Assembly: GCA_030390025.1 (NCBI GenBank)
Contig: CM059431.1
Span: 98,458,001-98,522,000 of the forward strand
Source: Squalus acanthias
Lineage: Eukaryota
Length of the DNA: 64,000 bases
Reading direction: 5' to 3'
The position numbers and the translations under genes are program-made. Numbering within the stretch: the first letter of the stretch is position 1; each line of letters begins with the position of its first letter. Below the pieces are notes generated by a model. The model did no database searches and had not been told where the DNA came from. It worked only from the letters and a program-made list of their open reading frames with translations. Shown here piece by piece: positions 1-12,072 of this stretch.

Positions 1-229
1 TAAGATACAGGTCAGCCATGATCTAACTGCTCAAGGAGCTGAATGGCCTCCTCCTGTTCCTATGTCACAGCAATGAGGTGATCAAGGCTTTGTCCCGGAA
101 TGGCTTCTGATGGGTAATCAGGAAGGTGCAGAATTGGACTTCCACTCTGATCATTTTGAGGATTGACCGTGGATTTATAACAACGGGCGTGAGACATTTC
201 GGATACACATTTGGCTCTTTGTTCTTCAG

Positions 230-343
230 GCAGCCACGGTCTAGTGGGCGTGCAGGGCCCCGTGGGACCCCCTGGACCTCCAGGAATCGGTGCACCAGGA
301 CAAGTAGGCAATCCAGGACCACAAGGACCGTCCGGCCTTCCAG
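230..343 (+). CDS. col4a5: Collagen IV exon, 114 bp (equivalent to COL4A5 exon 30)
   Basis: ttcttcag|GC...CCAG|gtatgt; [38 protein letters not shown]. Confidence 0.95.
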
Positions 344-367
344 GTATGTTCAAGACACTTCTTAGTA

Positions 368-1593
368 AAAAAAAGAAACTTTCACAACCTCAGAACATCT
401 CAAAGCGCTTCACAGCCAATGAAGTATTTTTGAGGTGTAGTCACTGTTGTAATGTAGGAAACGCGGCAGCCAATTTGCGCACAGCAAGCTCCCACAAACA
501 GCAATGGGATAATGACCAGATCATCTGTTTCAGTGATGTTGATTGAGGGATAAATATTGGCCCCAGGACACCTCCCCTACTCTTCTTCGAAATAGTGCCA
601 TGGGATCTTTTAGGACCACCTGAAAGGGCAGATGGTTTAACGTCGCATCTGAAAGACAGCACCTCTGACAGTGCAGCACTCCCTCAGTACTGCCCCCCCG
701 ACAGTGCGGCGCTCCCTCAGTAGCGCCCCTCCGACAGTGCAGCGCTCCCTCAGTACTGCCCTTCCGACAGTGCAGTGCTCCCTCAGTACTGCCCCTCCGA
801 CAGTGCAGTGCTCCCTCAGTACTGCCCCTCCGACAGTGCAGCGCTCCCTCAGTACTGCCCCTCCGACAGTGCAGGGCTCCCTCAGTACTGCCCCTCCGAC
901 AGTGCAGGGCTCCCTCAGTACTGCCCCTCCGACAGTGCAGCACTCCCTCAGTACTGCCCCTCCGACAGTGCGGCGCTCCCTCAGTACTGCCCCCTCCAAC
1001 GGTGCAGCACTCCCTCAGTACTGCCCCTCCGACAGTGCAGCACTCCCTCAGTACTGCCCCTCCGACAGTGCAGCACTCCCTCAGTACTGCCCCTCCGACA
1101 GTGCAGCGCTCCCTCAGTACTGCCCCTCCCACAGTGTGGCGCTCCCTCAGTACTGCCCCTCCGACAGTGCGGCGCTCCCTCACTACTGCCCCTCCGACAG
1201 TGCGGCGCTCCCTCAGTACTGCCCCTCCGACAGTGCAGCGCTCCCTCAGTACTGCCCCTCCGACAGTGCAGCGCTCCCTCAGTACTGCCCCTCCGACAGT
1301 GCAGGGCTCCCTCAGCACTGCCCCTCCGACAGTGCAGCGCTCCCTCAGTACTAACCCTCCGACAGTGCAGCGCTCCCTCAGTACTGCCCCTCCGACAGTG
1401 CAGCACTCCCTCAGTACTGCCCCTCCGACAGTGCAGCGCTCCCTCAGTACTGCCCCTCCGACAGTGCAGCACTCCCTCAGCACTGCACTGGAGTGTCAGC
1501 CTGGATTTTTGTGCTGAAGTCTCTGGAGTGGGACTTGAACCCACAACCCTCTGACTCGGAGGCGAGGGTGCTGCCCACTGAGCCACGGCTGAC
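368..1593 (-). mobile_element. SacSINE1-like tRNA-derived DeuSINE with internal 33-bp tandem array
   Basis: Reverse strand has a tRNA-like head (TGGCTCAGTGG A box; GGTTCAAGTCC B box), a Deu-domain-like core (AAAAGATCCCATGGCACTATTTCGAAGAAGAG) and a tail containing AAGCGCTTTG. Confidence 0.85.
664..1486. repeat. 33-bp minisatellite (CAGTGCAGCGCTCCCTCAGTACTGCCCCTCCGA), about 25 units
   Basis: Directly visible; 11-aa periodicity in overlapping ORFs. Confidence 0.97.
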
Positions 1594-1861
1594 AGAGGTG
1601 AAAGCAACAAAAAGAGTGAGAAAAGGAAGCAGAAAAAAATAGAGTTGGAACAAAACAGAGACACAGCTAAAGAACGGATAAGAAAAAGGAATAATATAAT
1701 AAAGACAGAGAAATGGGATTGAGAGTGAATAGGTCGCATTGGATCGGCAGTGATGGGCTGTACTTTCTACGATTTTATAAGTGACAAATTTTTTCTTTTT
1801 CCCTGTGCAAAAAACCCAACAATTCAATGTTTCAATATATAATATTCTTTTTATAATGCAG

Positions 1862-2029
1862 GATTCGCGGGGCCCCCAGGAGCAAAGGGTGACCCTGGCT
1901 ACCCAGGCCTGGACATTCCAGGTCCGCAGGGAGAGCAGGGTCGACAGGGATCCAAAGGTCACCCTGGACCCCCAGGTTACCCAGGCCCAATTGGGCAACC
2001 AGGCAGAGATGGCCCATCAGGGTTACAAG
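1862..2029 (+). CDS. col4a5: Collagen IV exon, 168 bp
   Basis: atgcag|GA...CAAG|gtaagc; [27 protein letters not shown]...GPSGLQ. Confidence 0.95.
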
Positions 2030-2126
2030 GTAAGCTATTATTTGCAGAACACTTCCCTTTATTAATCAGTGTCACTCGCTTGTGTAGAACCCCCAGGAAG
2101 GGTAGTTCGAAATGCAAACTGATCCA

Positions 2127-2950
2127 AAATCATAGAATCCTACAGCACAGAAGGAGGCCATTCGGCCCATCGTGCCTGTGCCGGCTCTTTGAAACAGCTC
2201 TCCAATTAGTCCCACTCCCTCTGCTCTTTCCCCGGAGCCCTGCAAATTTTTCCTTTTCAAGTATTTATCCAATTCCCTTTTAAAAGTTATTATTGAATCG
2301 GCTTCCACCGCCCTTTCAGGCAGCGCATTCCTGATCACAACAACTCGCTGCGTAAAAACAATTCTTCTCCTCTCCCCTCTGGTTACCGACCCTCCTGCCA
2401 CTGGAAACAGTTTCTCCTTATTTACTCTATCAAAACCCTTCATAATTTTGAACACCTCTATTAAATCTCCCCTTAACCTCCTCTGCTCTAAGGAGAACAA
2501 CCCCAGCTTCTCCAGTCTCTCCACGTAACTGAAGTCCCTCATCCCTGGTACCATTCTGGTAAATCTCCTCTGCACCCTCTCCAAGGCCTTGACATCCTTC
2601 CTAAAGTGTGGTGCCCAGAATTGAACACAATACTCCAGCTGAGGCCGAACCAGTGTTTATAAAGGTTTAGCTTAACTTCCTTGCTTTTGTACTCTATTCC
2701 TCTATTTAAAAAGCCCAGCTTTATTAACAGCCTTATCGACTTGTCCTGCCACCTATGAAGATTTTTGTACCTGAATCCCCAGGTCTCTCTGCTCTTTAAA
2801 ATTGTACCGTTTAGTTAATATTGCCTCTCCTCGTTCTTCCTTCCGAAATGATCAGATTTTACATAAGAACATAAGAAATAGGAGCAGGAGTAGACCAATT
2901 GGCCCCTCGAGCCTGCTCCGCCATTCAATAAGATCATGGCTGATCTGATC
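2127..2950 (-). mobile_element. CR1 LINE 3' fragments
   Basis: ORF 2072-2584 LERVQRRFTRM...RRLRGDLIEVFKIMKG is the CR1 ORF2 C-terminus; tails at ~2130 and ~2862. Confidence 0.9.
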
Positions 2951-3824
2951 CTAACCGCCAATCTACTCTCACAGAACCATCTCCTGAACCTAACAGAATT
3001 GGACACACGAAATAGGAGCAGGATCAGGCTACACGGCCCCTGGGCCCGCTACGCTACCCACAGGGCCATGACCGATCCGAACCTAGACTCATGTCCAAAT
3101 TCCTGCCCGCTCCCCGTAACCCTTAATTCCCTTTACTTCTAGGAAACTGTCTATTTCTGTTTTAAATTTATGTAATGATGTAGCTTCATTTTAAATGAAG
3201 AGTTCTTGTGCAATGTTTCATCGACTTGTCGACCAACTGTTAACTACAACTATTGTGTTGTGATAGGCGAGTGAACTGTATGACAAAGACAGGAACCCCC
3301 CAACAGCTCAATCCCTGCTCTTTTTAACCAAAGCATTTGGATTTTTTCAGTAATCTACTCATTAGTTACGATGAGTACAATGACCGATAGCAACGGGTTA
3401 AACCTAACACCAGGAGTGCGAGTTTGTAAAATGAAGCGTTGCGCGCCTCAGCGCTGGTGTGAAGGATTCCCGGCTCCAGACTGATGCTAAAGCTGTACAG
3501 TGTGAGTCCACCATGAATCTGGAACACAGGGAGTCTCAATCTGCATCATTCTGGTGTCAGGTGGGGCCTGTCTCTGGATTACACAGTCGTACCATCGGTG
3601 TGAAATGAGACTCGTTCCGTCTGACACTGAACGTTGGTGGCTGTGTGCCGACTCCTGTAACTGTCACTGTTTGACTTCACGTCCAGTCATCGCTGATATT
3701 GTCAAAAACAAATGTGCTGAGACAGAATAAAAATGGTCTGTGGTTTATTTATTAGTTGATAATTGGGGTTTTGCTTTCTTCTGTTCTTAACTTCCAATGA
3801 TCTGATCTGTCTCTGCCATTATAG

Positions 3825-3914
3825 GTCCCAAGGGAGAAATGGGGGTCATGGGTACCCCTGGGAGCCAAGGTTTCCCAGGTTCTCCAGGAAGTGCCGGATT
3901 CTCTGGTCCTAAAG
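3825..3914 (+). CDS. col4a5: Collagen IV exon, 90 bp
   Basis: attatag|GT...AAAG|gttggt; GPKGEMGVMGTPGSQGFPGSPGSAGFSGPK. Confidence 0.95.
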
Positions 3915-4539
3915 GTTGGTGTTTATATTTTATTGCAAATGTTTTTAGATTGACAGCTATGACGCCCACCATGCTCACTGGAAGTATTTTGCATGGCATG
4001 GTATTTTTGAGGTTTTCATGTAACGGTGTGAGTTTGTGTCTCAGAGAACACTCGATTATTAAATATGAAAGAAAGAACTTGCATTTATATAGCGCCTTTC
4101 ATGACCTCAGGACGTCCCAAAGCTTCATGGGGGGTGGGGGTGCGGGGGGAGAGGAGTTTCGCTGGGGTATTTTGCCGCAGGATCACGGGAGCTTCCAGAA
4201 GCAAAGTCAACCATTTTTTTAAGAATGTCCTGCCGACTTGCAAAACCATCCTTTAAACTCTATCCTCCCATTGCCCTAGCAACACCGAACACCAGGGGTT
4301 CGAAAGCATCTCTGGCCTTGGCCATTGCTAAATGCTTAACTCAGGACAATGGACAGCTTACTTCCTTCATTTGAAGTGCAGTGTAATACACTTAGCTCCT
4401 TGTGGGCAGGCTGACCACCTTACAATGAGGACCCAGAACCACAATGGTTCATGTATGTCCGCCCCCCCCACCCCCCCCCAACTCCTCCACGCACTCCCGA
4501 TTTACGCTACACTTGAAAATCAACCCCATGGTACTTCTT

Positions 4540-4785
4540 AAAAATTCATTCCGGAGATAAAGGCGTCGCTGGCAAGGCCAGCATTTATTGCCCATCCCTA
4601 ATCGCCCTTGAACCGCTGCAGTCCGTGTGGTGAAGGTGCTCCCACAGTGCTGTTAGGGAGGGAGTTCCAGGATTTTGACCCAGCGACGATGAAGGAACGG
4701 CCGATATATTTCCAAGTCGGGTCGGTGTGTGACTTGGAGGGGAACTTGGAGGTGGTGGTGTTCCCATGCGCCTGCTGCCCTTGGT
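4540..4785 (-). mobile_element. 3' end of a non-LTR retrotransposon (CR1-group, family not resolved)
   Basis: Reverse frame ...SFIVAGSKSWNSLP...HGLQRFK, followed by the tail GGGCAATAAATGCTGGCC. Confidence 0.7.
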
Positions 4786-5345
4786 GAGCGTAGAGTGGAA
4801 TCTTTTGAACTGTGCGGTTAGCCAAATGGTCTTTTCTGCCCCAGTACATTTCTGCGCTAGATGTACACCAGATGGTGTGGTACTAAAACCATACGGACCA
4901 CAGAAAGAGCCCAGATTTAATCCATGGCTTGGGCTCAATAAGATGATTTCAGCTCAGAATAGGAGGTGTTCAATGGGTCTCACTAATCTAAAGAAAATTA
5001 AGTGGGCAAGTGGTCTCCCTGTTGGATAACTGTGGCCAGAACGGAGTTGGTGTGGATTGTGATGTGAGCAGGATCTGCCTGCACTGTGCTCAGCAGTGAA
5101 ACCATCTGTTGACACTCATCACCCCAGCTTCATGAAGACTGCTCATGTGCAAGAAGTGATAATGAGTCACCAACTGCAGGGGAGCAGTGACAGGGAGGAA
5201 AAGCAATAATTGAAGAGAAACAAAAAACAATCTAAGTGTGCCTTTAACCTCTTTGCTGTACTTTACAACGTGGGAGCAGAAGGAGTTGAGCGAACTTTCT
5301 TGACTTCAGTAGTTTGTGACATATTGAAGCGTTTTCTTTCGACAG

Positions 5346-5498
5346 GTGATCAGGGTCTGGCCGGTTTGCCAGGACAATCTGGAAGAGAAGGTGAGAAAGG
5401 TATAAAAGGGGAAACTGGTCTTGCGGGACCACCCGGAGTGATGGACAAAAGTGCTATGGAAAAAATGAAAGGCCAGAAAGGAGACATAGGAGATCACG
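5346..5498 (+). CDS. col4a5: Collagen IV exon, 153 bp, with helix interruption
   Basis: cgacag|GT...CACG|gtaaaa; [10 protein letters not shown]...[24 protein letters not shown]. Confidence 0.95.
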
Positions 5499-5544
5499 GT
5501 AAAAGAATTCATCTTCTACTTTCCTTGAACACATAACAGCATTG

Positions 5545-5662
5545 TATTGTGTGTCTGTGTGTTTGTGTATGTCTGTGCATATGTGCTGTGTGTGTGTGTG
5601 TGTGTGCGTGTATGCATGTGTATGTGCATGTGTGTACATGTGCGTGGTGTGTGTGTGTGTTT
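5545..5662. repeat. Degenerate (TG)n microsatellite
   Basis: Directly visible. Confidence 0.9.
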
Positions 5663-6469
5663 TTGAAATCAATAAATATATAAAATCTTGTGTATGTACA
5701 CACTTTCTGTCAACTTCCTGTTATCATAATTCACAATTCTTCATCGTGTTTTGATGTTAATATTTAATACTGAAATCACCTGTGTAAACATTGGGGTGCG
5801 GGGGGAGGTGAAATTGGTTTTTGGCAGTACTACACCACGGGCGATAGTGAATCAGCCGCCCGTGTTACACCCGCCCGGTTGTCTTTTCCATTGAAGTCAT
5901 TGAAAAATAAATTGGGGTACCCGGACATGTGGCACCCCGAGAGGTTGGGAGTTTGTGACAGGAGCCACTTCAGATTGCAGAGTCTGCAGGGGGCCAGAAA
6001 TGGGCCAGCGAGGGCCCCGTGGGACCAGGTGAGCACGGTTTGATGCCGGCCCTCAGACTCCTCTGGCCTTCTGACTCTCTTCTCCAACAGCAGACGGAAG
6101 GCCCCAAGGCCTGCAGCTGTGGTACTCTTTCCTCCCCCATTGGCTGTGTGCCCAGGAAGCTGTGTGTGCTTGAGGCATGGTTTGCCTGCCCAGTGCTGGG
6201 CTCGGAGAGGGGAGGCAGGAACATCTAAATATCAAAGTGTTCATTCAGCAGGCTTTAGGCGGGGTTTTTCTAGCAAAGGGGACTGACGCCAACGTTGAAA
6301 TAACTGGTTTCTTATTTGGAGGTAAAGAAAGATTTGCATTTATATAACGCCTTTCGCAACCTCAAGATTAATCGCCCGAAAACCCAGGGGAAAAATCAAA
6401 AGGGCATTTAGAAAAATAGTGTTTTTGTTTTCCTTTTCTTTGAACACTTTTTTGTAGTTACAAAAGTTT

Positions 6470-6810
6470 TGGAGGTGGGGCTGTTTCCCCTGGCTGGGGA
6501 GTCTAGAGCCAGGGGTCACAGTCTCAGAATTAGGGGTCGGCCATTTAAGACTGAGATGAGGAGAAATTTCTTCACTCAAAGGGCGGTGAATCTTTGGAAT
6601 TCTCTGCCCCAGAGGGCTGTGGATGCTCAGTCGTTGAGTATATTCAAGACAGAGATCGATAGATTTTTGAATGTTAAGGGAATCAAGGGATATGGGGATC
6701 GGGCGGGAAAGTGGAGATGAGGTACAAGATCAGCCATGATCATATTGAATGGCGGAGCAGGCTCGAGGGGCTGTATGGCCGACTCCTGCTCCTATTTCTT
6801 ATGTTCTTAC
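6470..6810 (+). mobile_element. CR1 LINE 3' fragment
   Basis: LFPLAGESRARGHSLRIRG...RRNFFTQRAVNLWNSLP; tail TTCTTATGTTCTTA. Confidence 0.9.
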
Positions 6811-7263
6811 GAATAGGCTGTTTGTCCGGGCGGGGCGATTAGAGGTGGGAGGTTGTGTAATGAAACCTCCAGGAACACAGCCAATCCTAGGATAAAGGGA
6901 TATGGGGACAGGGTGGGTTCACGGCATTAGCATTACTGCTCGTGTAGAGGGTAAACACCAGTGTGGGCTGGTTGGGCCGATGAGTCTGTTTCCATGTTGT
7001 AATTTTTATGTAACAGTTAGAATCATATGATCTTACAGTACTCAAGGAGGCCACTTGGCCCATTGTGCCTGTGCCGGCTTTTTGAAAGAGCTTTCCAATT
7101 AGTCCCGCTCACCGCAGCCTCAATGTGGTCAGGTTTGTGATTACTGCCTGTGGGGGAAATCACTCCCAGTTATTGACAGCAGGGAACATGACAGGCGCAC
7201 ACAGTAACAACGCTCTCCTCCGCATGGAACAGTCTTTCTCAAAGATTGAACATTTCTCCCCAG

Positions 7264-7362
7264 GAAAACCGGGTGCCTCAGGAACAAAGGGATATCAAGG
7301 CATTCATGGTGATCCCGGGATGCCAGGAAAAGATGGTGAGCCCGGATTACCAGGACAAGCAG
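7264..7362 (+). CDS. col4a5: Collagen IV exon, 99 bp
   Basis: ccccag|GA...GCAG|gtaatg; [33 protein letters not shown]. Confidence 0.95.
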
Positions 7363-7424
7363 GTAATGAACAAAACAGAGCAGCAAACAGAATATGACAA
7401 AAATATACTCTGTAAATGCATGAA

Positions 7425-7745
7425 AAGAAAGACTTTCATTTCTACAGCGCCTTTCACAACCACCGGACATCTCAAAGCGCTTTACAGCCAATGAAGTACT
7501 TTTTGAAGTGTAGTCACTGCTGTAATGTGGGAAACGCGGCAGCCAATTTGTGCACAGCAAGCTCCCACACACAGCAATGTGATAATGACCAGATAATCTG
7601 TTTTTTTTAGTGCTGTTGGTTGAGGGATAAATATTGGCCAGGACACCGGGGAGAACGCTCCTGCTCTTCTTCGAAATAGTGCCATGGGATCTTTTACATC
7701 CACCTGAGAGAGCAGATGGGGCCTCAGTTTAGCGTTTCATCTAAA
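7425..7745 (-). mobile_element. SacSINE1-like SINE, 5'-truncated
   Basis: Same core and tail as the copy at 368-660. Confidence 0.85.
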
Positions 7746-8254
7746 AAGTGAATTAACTGAGCCAATTTAACCAATACACACTCCAGGTGTGGAGTCCTGC
7801 CTGGCTGGAGCTCCTGTAGGGAACGAATGGCACCCCCCAACAATTCCCCATCCTTAAAAATGAATGGGTTGAACATGATGAGGCGGGGCCACTCAAATTC
7901 CTCCGCCGTTGGAAAGTTAGTGAGATATGGCCTCCCAATCTTAAGCCTCCTTTCGTTGATCTCGCTTTTCTCAAAAGCAGAACCGTTTTGTTTCCCGAAG
8001 TAAGTGGTGGTGTTTATCGGGTGTTTATGGGGGGTTTTCTGTTGCTCCCAGTGCGAAGTGTCGTTCTCTGGCAGTGCAGGCTGTCATGTGAGCACTGGCC
8101 CATGGGACCTGACTCTCCGCAATTAACCTTAAATGGGCAGAAGATTGAAGGGCAGCGTGCCCACGATTTCCCAAAGTTTTGGTGCCCGCTGGAAGTGCCC
8201 ACTCGCGAGAATGTGCCTTACACATTGACGGCACGGCAAATTTATCCGGTGAGT

Positions 8255-8580
8255 GGATAAACCGCACAGGTCAGGAAGGTCCTCGCTCCAACCCTTGACC
8301 TTTGCCAGTTTAGCTGAGGCAGTGCGAGAGACCCTACAATCGGTCTCTCAGCATCCTCAGTTAGAGAGGGGATGATTGGCCAGGGTTTCTGCTCCTGGTT
8401 ACTGTCCAAACTCCCCTGGTGAAAATACGTGTGTTTGGCTGTTGACCAAGGACTGGACCAAGCTTGGCTTTGATAACCTCCCCTGTCGTAGTGGAATAGC
8501 CTGCCCACACTCATCCACAAGGCTCACACCTGAATAATGGCAACACGTGTGCGGTGCTGGGGGGCTGCCGTGTAACCGTC
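8255..8580 (+). mobile_element. Old SINE-like interspersed repeat (related copies at ~4870-5150, ~9905-10250, ~13300-13520)
   Basis: Shared diverged motifs across copies (GGTTYCTGYTCCTGRT, AATAGCC...CACTC...TGAAKAATGGC); family not identified. Confidence 0.45.
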
Positions 8581-8688
8581 CACCAGCAGGCAGGCCACAG
8601 CTCAAACAGAGGCCAAGCGTGGGAGATAAGGTGGGGAAAATGAATGGAGCAATAAAACTAATAGAAATGTCACTCCTGCTTCCTCTAG

Positions 8689-8778
8689 GGCCAGTGGGTG
8701 ACTCAGGAAACCCAGGAAAACCAGGTTCCACAGGTGTGCCCGGAGATAAAGGATCAATCGGAGAAATGGGTCTGCCAG
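8689..8778 (+). CDS. col4a5: Collagen IV exon, 90 bp
   Basis: cctctag|GG...CCAG|gtaacc; [30 protein letters not shown]. Confidence 0.95.
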
Positions 8779-8886
8779 GTAACCTCGCAAGACAATCAAA
8801 GCTCCTGAGAGATGAAGCGCATGTCTTAATCGTCCAGTGATTTTCCATCTGTAGGTCTGTCCGTCCATTCTGTTCTTCCTCAGGGC

Positions 8887-9308
8887 AAAGAAAGAAAGAC
8901 TTGCATGTCTGTAGCGCCTTTCACAACCTCAGGACATCCGAGAGCACTTCACACCCAATGAAGTACTTTAGTAATGTGGGAAACGCGGCAGCCAATTTGT
9001 GCACAGAAAGGTCCCACAAACAGCAATCTGATAATGACCAGATGCTAATTTGAGGGATAAATATTGACCAGGATACCAGAGAGAACTCTCCTGCACTTCT
9101 TCAAAATAGTGGTCGTGAGATCTTTTACGTCCACTTGAGAGGGCAGACGGGGCTTCGGTTTAACGTCTCATGTGCAGCACTCCCTCAGTACTGACACCGG
9201 GAGTGTTGGCCTGGATTATGGGGCTCACGTCTCTGGAGTGGGGCTCTGGAATGACCCACAACTTTCTGACTCAGAGGCGAGAGTGCTAACCAGTCCCACT
9301 GAGCCAGG
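8887..9308 (-). mobile_element. SacSINE1-like SINE, head to tail, without array
   Basis: Single copy of GTGCAGCACTCCCTCAGTACTG at ~9172-9193. Confidence 0.85.
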
Positions 9309-9714
9309 GCTTGGGCAGGTCCCAACAGTCTCACACATGAGATTCTTGAGCCACTTATTGGGGAAGAGTAGTTGAGGTGGTTTCCTGCTGCCTTCCTCAC
9401 GGTTTCTATCTTCGGAGGTCCTCCTGCTGGGCTAAAGGTTAAGGAGCCCCAACCTCCTGACCTGACCTTCAGGTCTATACTCCCAATCGGGCGAGACTCT
9501 GTGCTGGGTATAGAGTCTCTGAAACATGGGCCACCCACTACAATTAGCACAGCCCCACTGGGCTTTAATGGAACGATGAGGTGATTTGTTCTAAGAACAA
9601 AGGATGTAATTCATGAGGAAAACATCTCAGCAACCGTTGAACTTTCAGGATGGGAATGTGTTGAACCGTTGACCCGATGATGAGATACTCACCAAGTTGA
9701 CGTTACCTTCTCAG

Positions 9715-9854
9715 GTATCTCAGGGCCGCGAGGTCCCCCAGGTGACCCAGGACTGGAGGGCATCCCCGGTTTTACTGGACTGACTGGCGAGAAAGGCGAT
9801 AAGGGCAACCCTGGCATACCAGGCTTTGGCGTTCCGGGTGATCCAGGCCCGAAG
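9715..9854 (+). CDS. col4a5: Collagen IV exon, 140 bp
   Basis: ttctcag|GT...GAAG|gtgagt; GISGPRGPPGDPGLEGIPGFTGLTGEKGDKGNPGIPGFGVPGDPGPK. Confidence 0.95.
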
Positions 9855-10313
9855 GTGAGTTTAGACCTTAAAGGATTGTCCTAATAATCAGCTGGAGGTG
9901 TTGGGACTCCCTGACGGATGAGTGAATAAATACACTGCCTGACGCGGCAATGAGCCCCACACAGCAGCAAGGTCTACGTTTGATCAATGATCTCCATCAT
10001 GTTGACTGTTAAGACTCTGCGATTGGTCTCTATGTCCCTGGGATAGGAAGAGAGAAAAACCCCACCCACGGTTCCTGTTCCTGATCACAATCCAGTCGGC
10101 CCAGCTTGATGTGCTCGTGGAATCTGGTTCAACCGTAATGCCGCCCCCAGCCAAATAGCCGTCCAGCACTCGCCCATGAAGAATGGCCACTTGGGTGAGG
10201 CATCGGAGGGCTGCGGCACTCAAACTCCCCGTTGGCAAGGATCCATGCCTGCAGCATGATTCTGTAAGCTCAGCCTCAGTGTAGCATTAAGCATCATTAT
10301 GTTTCAGTCAGGA

Positions 10314-10484
10314 AGGGGGGACATTGGACTGGGCGGGAGCGCGAAGCAGGCCGTATTTAATCAGCCCCCCCCATATTTGGTTCCATTGACTTGAATAGAC
10401 CTGAATATCGGGCGGGAGATATAACGGGCAGCAAAAGCAATTCCGCCTGATTGGCATCCCCGATAAAGTCCAATTTTACCCCCT
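10314..10484. mobile_element. MITE-like non-autonomous DNA element
   Basis: Imperfect TIRs AGGGGGGACATTGGACT / AGTCCAATTTTACCCCCT with a quasi-palindromic centre CCATTGACTTGAATAG; related motif CCATTGAAGTCATTG at ~5888. Confidence 0.6.
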
Positions 10485-11194
10485 TGATGAATTGATGAGT
10501 TGGCCAATCCCTTCAACTCCTTATGTGGGGAAATGCCTGATTCTAGAGGTTCTCACTTCTGCTTGTGTTTGCTTGGTGTCCAGTATCCATAAGTTGGGGT
10601 CGATTTTCACTCCCTTCACTTGGTCTTAATGGGACATTGACGCCTCAGAATGGGGTCAGGTGCCTCAGCGCCCCGTTACCGCCGTCAATGCGGGGGCCGC
10701 CATTTTGAAAGGGGGCCTCCCTCCAGGGTGTCCAAAGCTCCCGCCTGATTCAGGCCCCTATCATTATGGAAATCAGGGTCCTGTGCAGACCGGCTCCACG
10801 GGCGATGGAACTCACAATGCTCAACAAGGTTTAGTCTCGAATTATTCATGTGGGAGGTGGGGTGCACCGGAGGAGCAGGAGTGCGTCCACAAAAACAACC
10901 TGGGCCGCTTACGCTTCCGCCGCGGGAACCCCTCCCTCCGCGATTGAGACTCCCCCCCCACCACCCCCCCGCCCCGACCCCTGGCTCCCCATAACTGACC
11001 TTGCTGACTCCCGCTCCGGCCCGATCTTGAGCGCTTGATCTGGTGAGCTGCACTGGGACCCCTGTCTGGCTCCGCGCAGCTCGCCCCGTGATTGTGAATG
11101 AGGCCAGAGCCTCTTCGCCTCCAGAACGGTGGGGGAGTCAACCGCGCATTCCCCCGATCGGTCTCATGTTGACCCCATTAAGTCGATGGTCGTA

Positions 11195-11655
11195 GAATCA
11201 GAAAACCATACAGCACAGAGGGAGGCCATTCGGCCCATCGTGCCTGTGCTGGCTCTTTGAAAGAGCTCTCCAATTAGTCCCACTCTCCCTGCTCTTTCCC
11301 CAGAGCCCTGCAAAATTTCTCCTTTTCAAGTATTTATCCAATTCCCTTTTGAAAGTTACTATTGAATCTGCTTCCACCGCCCTTTCAGGCAGCGCATTCC
11401 AGATCACAACAACTCGCTGCGTAAAAACATTCCTCCTCATCTCCCCCTCTGGTTCTTTTGCCAATTATCTTCAATCTGGGTCCTCTGGTTACCGACCCTC
11501 CTGCCACTGGAAACAGTTTCTCCTTATTTACTCTATCAAAACCCTTCATAATTTTGAACATATCTATTAAATCTCCCCTTAACCTTCTCTGCTCTAAGGA
11601 GAACAACCCCAGCTTCTCCAGTCTCTCCACGTCACTGAAGGCCATCATCCCTGTG
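11195..11655 (-). mobile_element. CR1 LINE 3' fragment
   Basis: ERLEKLGLFSLEQRRLRGDLI; close to the copies at 2127, 17258 and 32240. Confidence 0.9.
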
Positions 11656-11768
11656 CGATGAGTGAGTTGGAAAGTTTCGATAAATGATGCTCCTTATACG
11701 AGCCAATGCAAGGTACCAGGTGATGGCTGTGTGTGCTGATCAGATTCTGTTGTGTGTTGATTATTTAG

Positions 11769-11895
11769 GGAGATTCGGGTCTGCCGGGCTTCCCAGGTGA
11801 CCCGGGACTGACGGGTGATTCGGGTTTGCCAGGTTTGACAGGTTCACTGGGGGCTCCGGGACTGAAAGGGGGCGCAGGTGTGCCGGGATTCCCAG
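11769..11895 (+). CDS. col4a5: Collagen IV exon, 127 bp
   Basis: atttag|GGA...CCAG|gtaagg; [42 protein letters not shown]. Confidence 0.95.
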
Positions 11896-11991
11896 GTAAG
11901 GTCACAAGAGTATCCGTGAGCCCAAAACCAATCGATTCAATTCTCTGAATGAGGAGGGGCACTGAATACATTCGCTATGATCATTCTACAG

Positions 11992-12072
11992 GTAACCCAG
12001 GGCTTCCAGGAAAGAAAGGTGGCTTCGGACCTGTAGGTGAACAAGGTTTTTCAGGACTCCCGGGACAGCCAG
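11992..12072 (+). CDS. col4a5: Collagen IV exon, 81 bp
   Basis: ctacag|GT...CCAG|gtacag; GNPGLPGKKGGFGPVGEQGFSGLPGQP; preceded by a 96-bp intron. Confidence 0.95.

Noticed and set aside
60..353. Minus-strand Pro/Gly-rich ORFs opposite collagen exons
   Set aside because: Antisense shadows of Gly-Pro codons.
1515..1593. tRNA gene (also ~22720-22795 and ~36640-36716)
   Set aside because: These are A/B-box heads contiguous with SINE bodies, not standalone tRNAs.
530..1739. Long ORFs with LRERCTVGGAV / SLSTAPPTVQ repeats (also 17988-18626 and 34812-36677) as mucin-like or Cys-rich proteins
   Set aside because: The 33-bp unit is a multiple of 3 and stop-free in most frames, so overlapping ORFs on both strands are expected artefacts.
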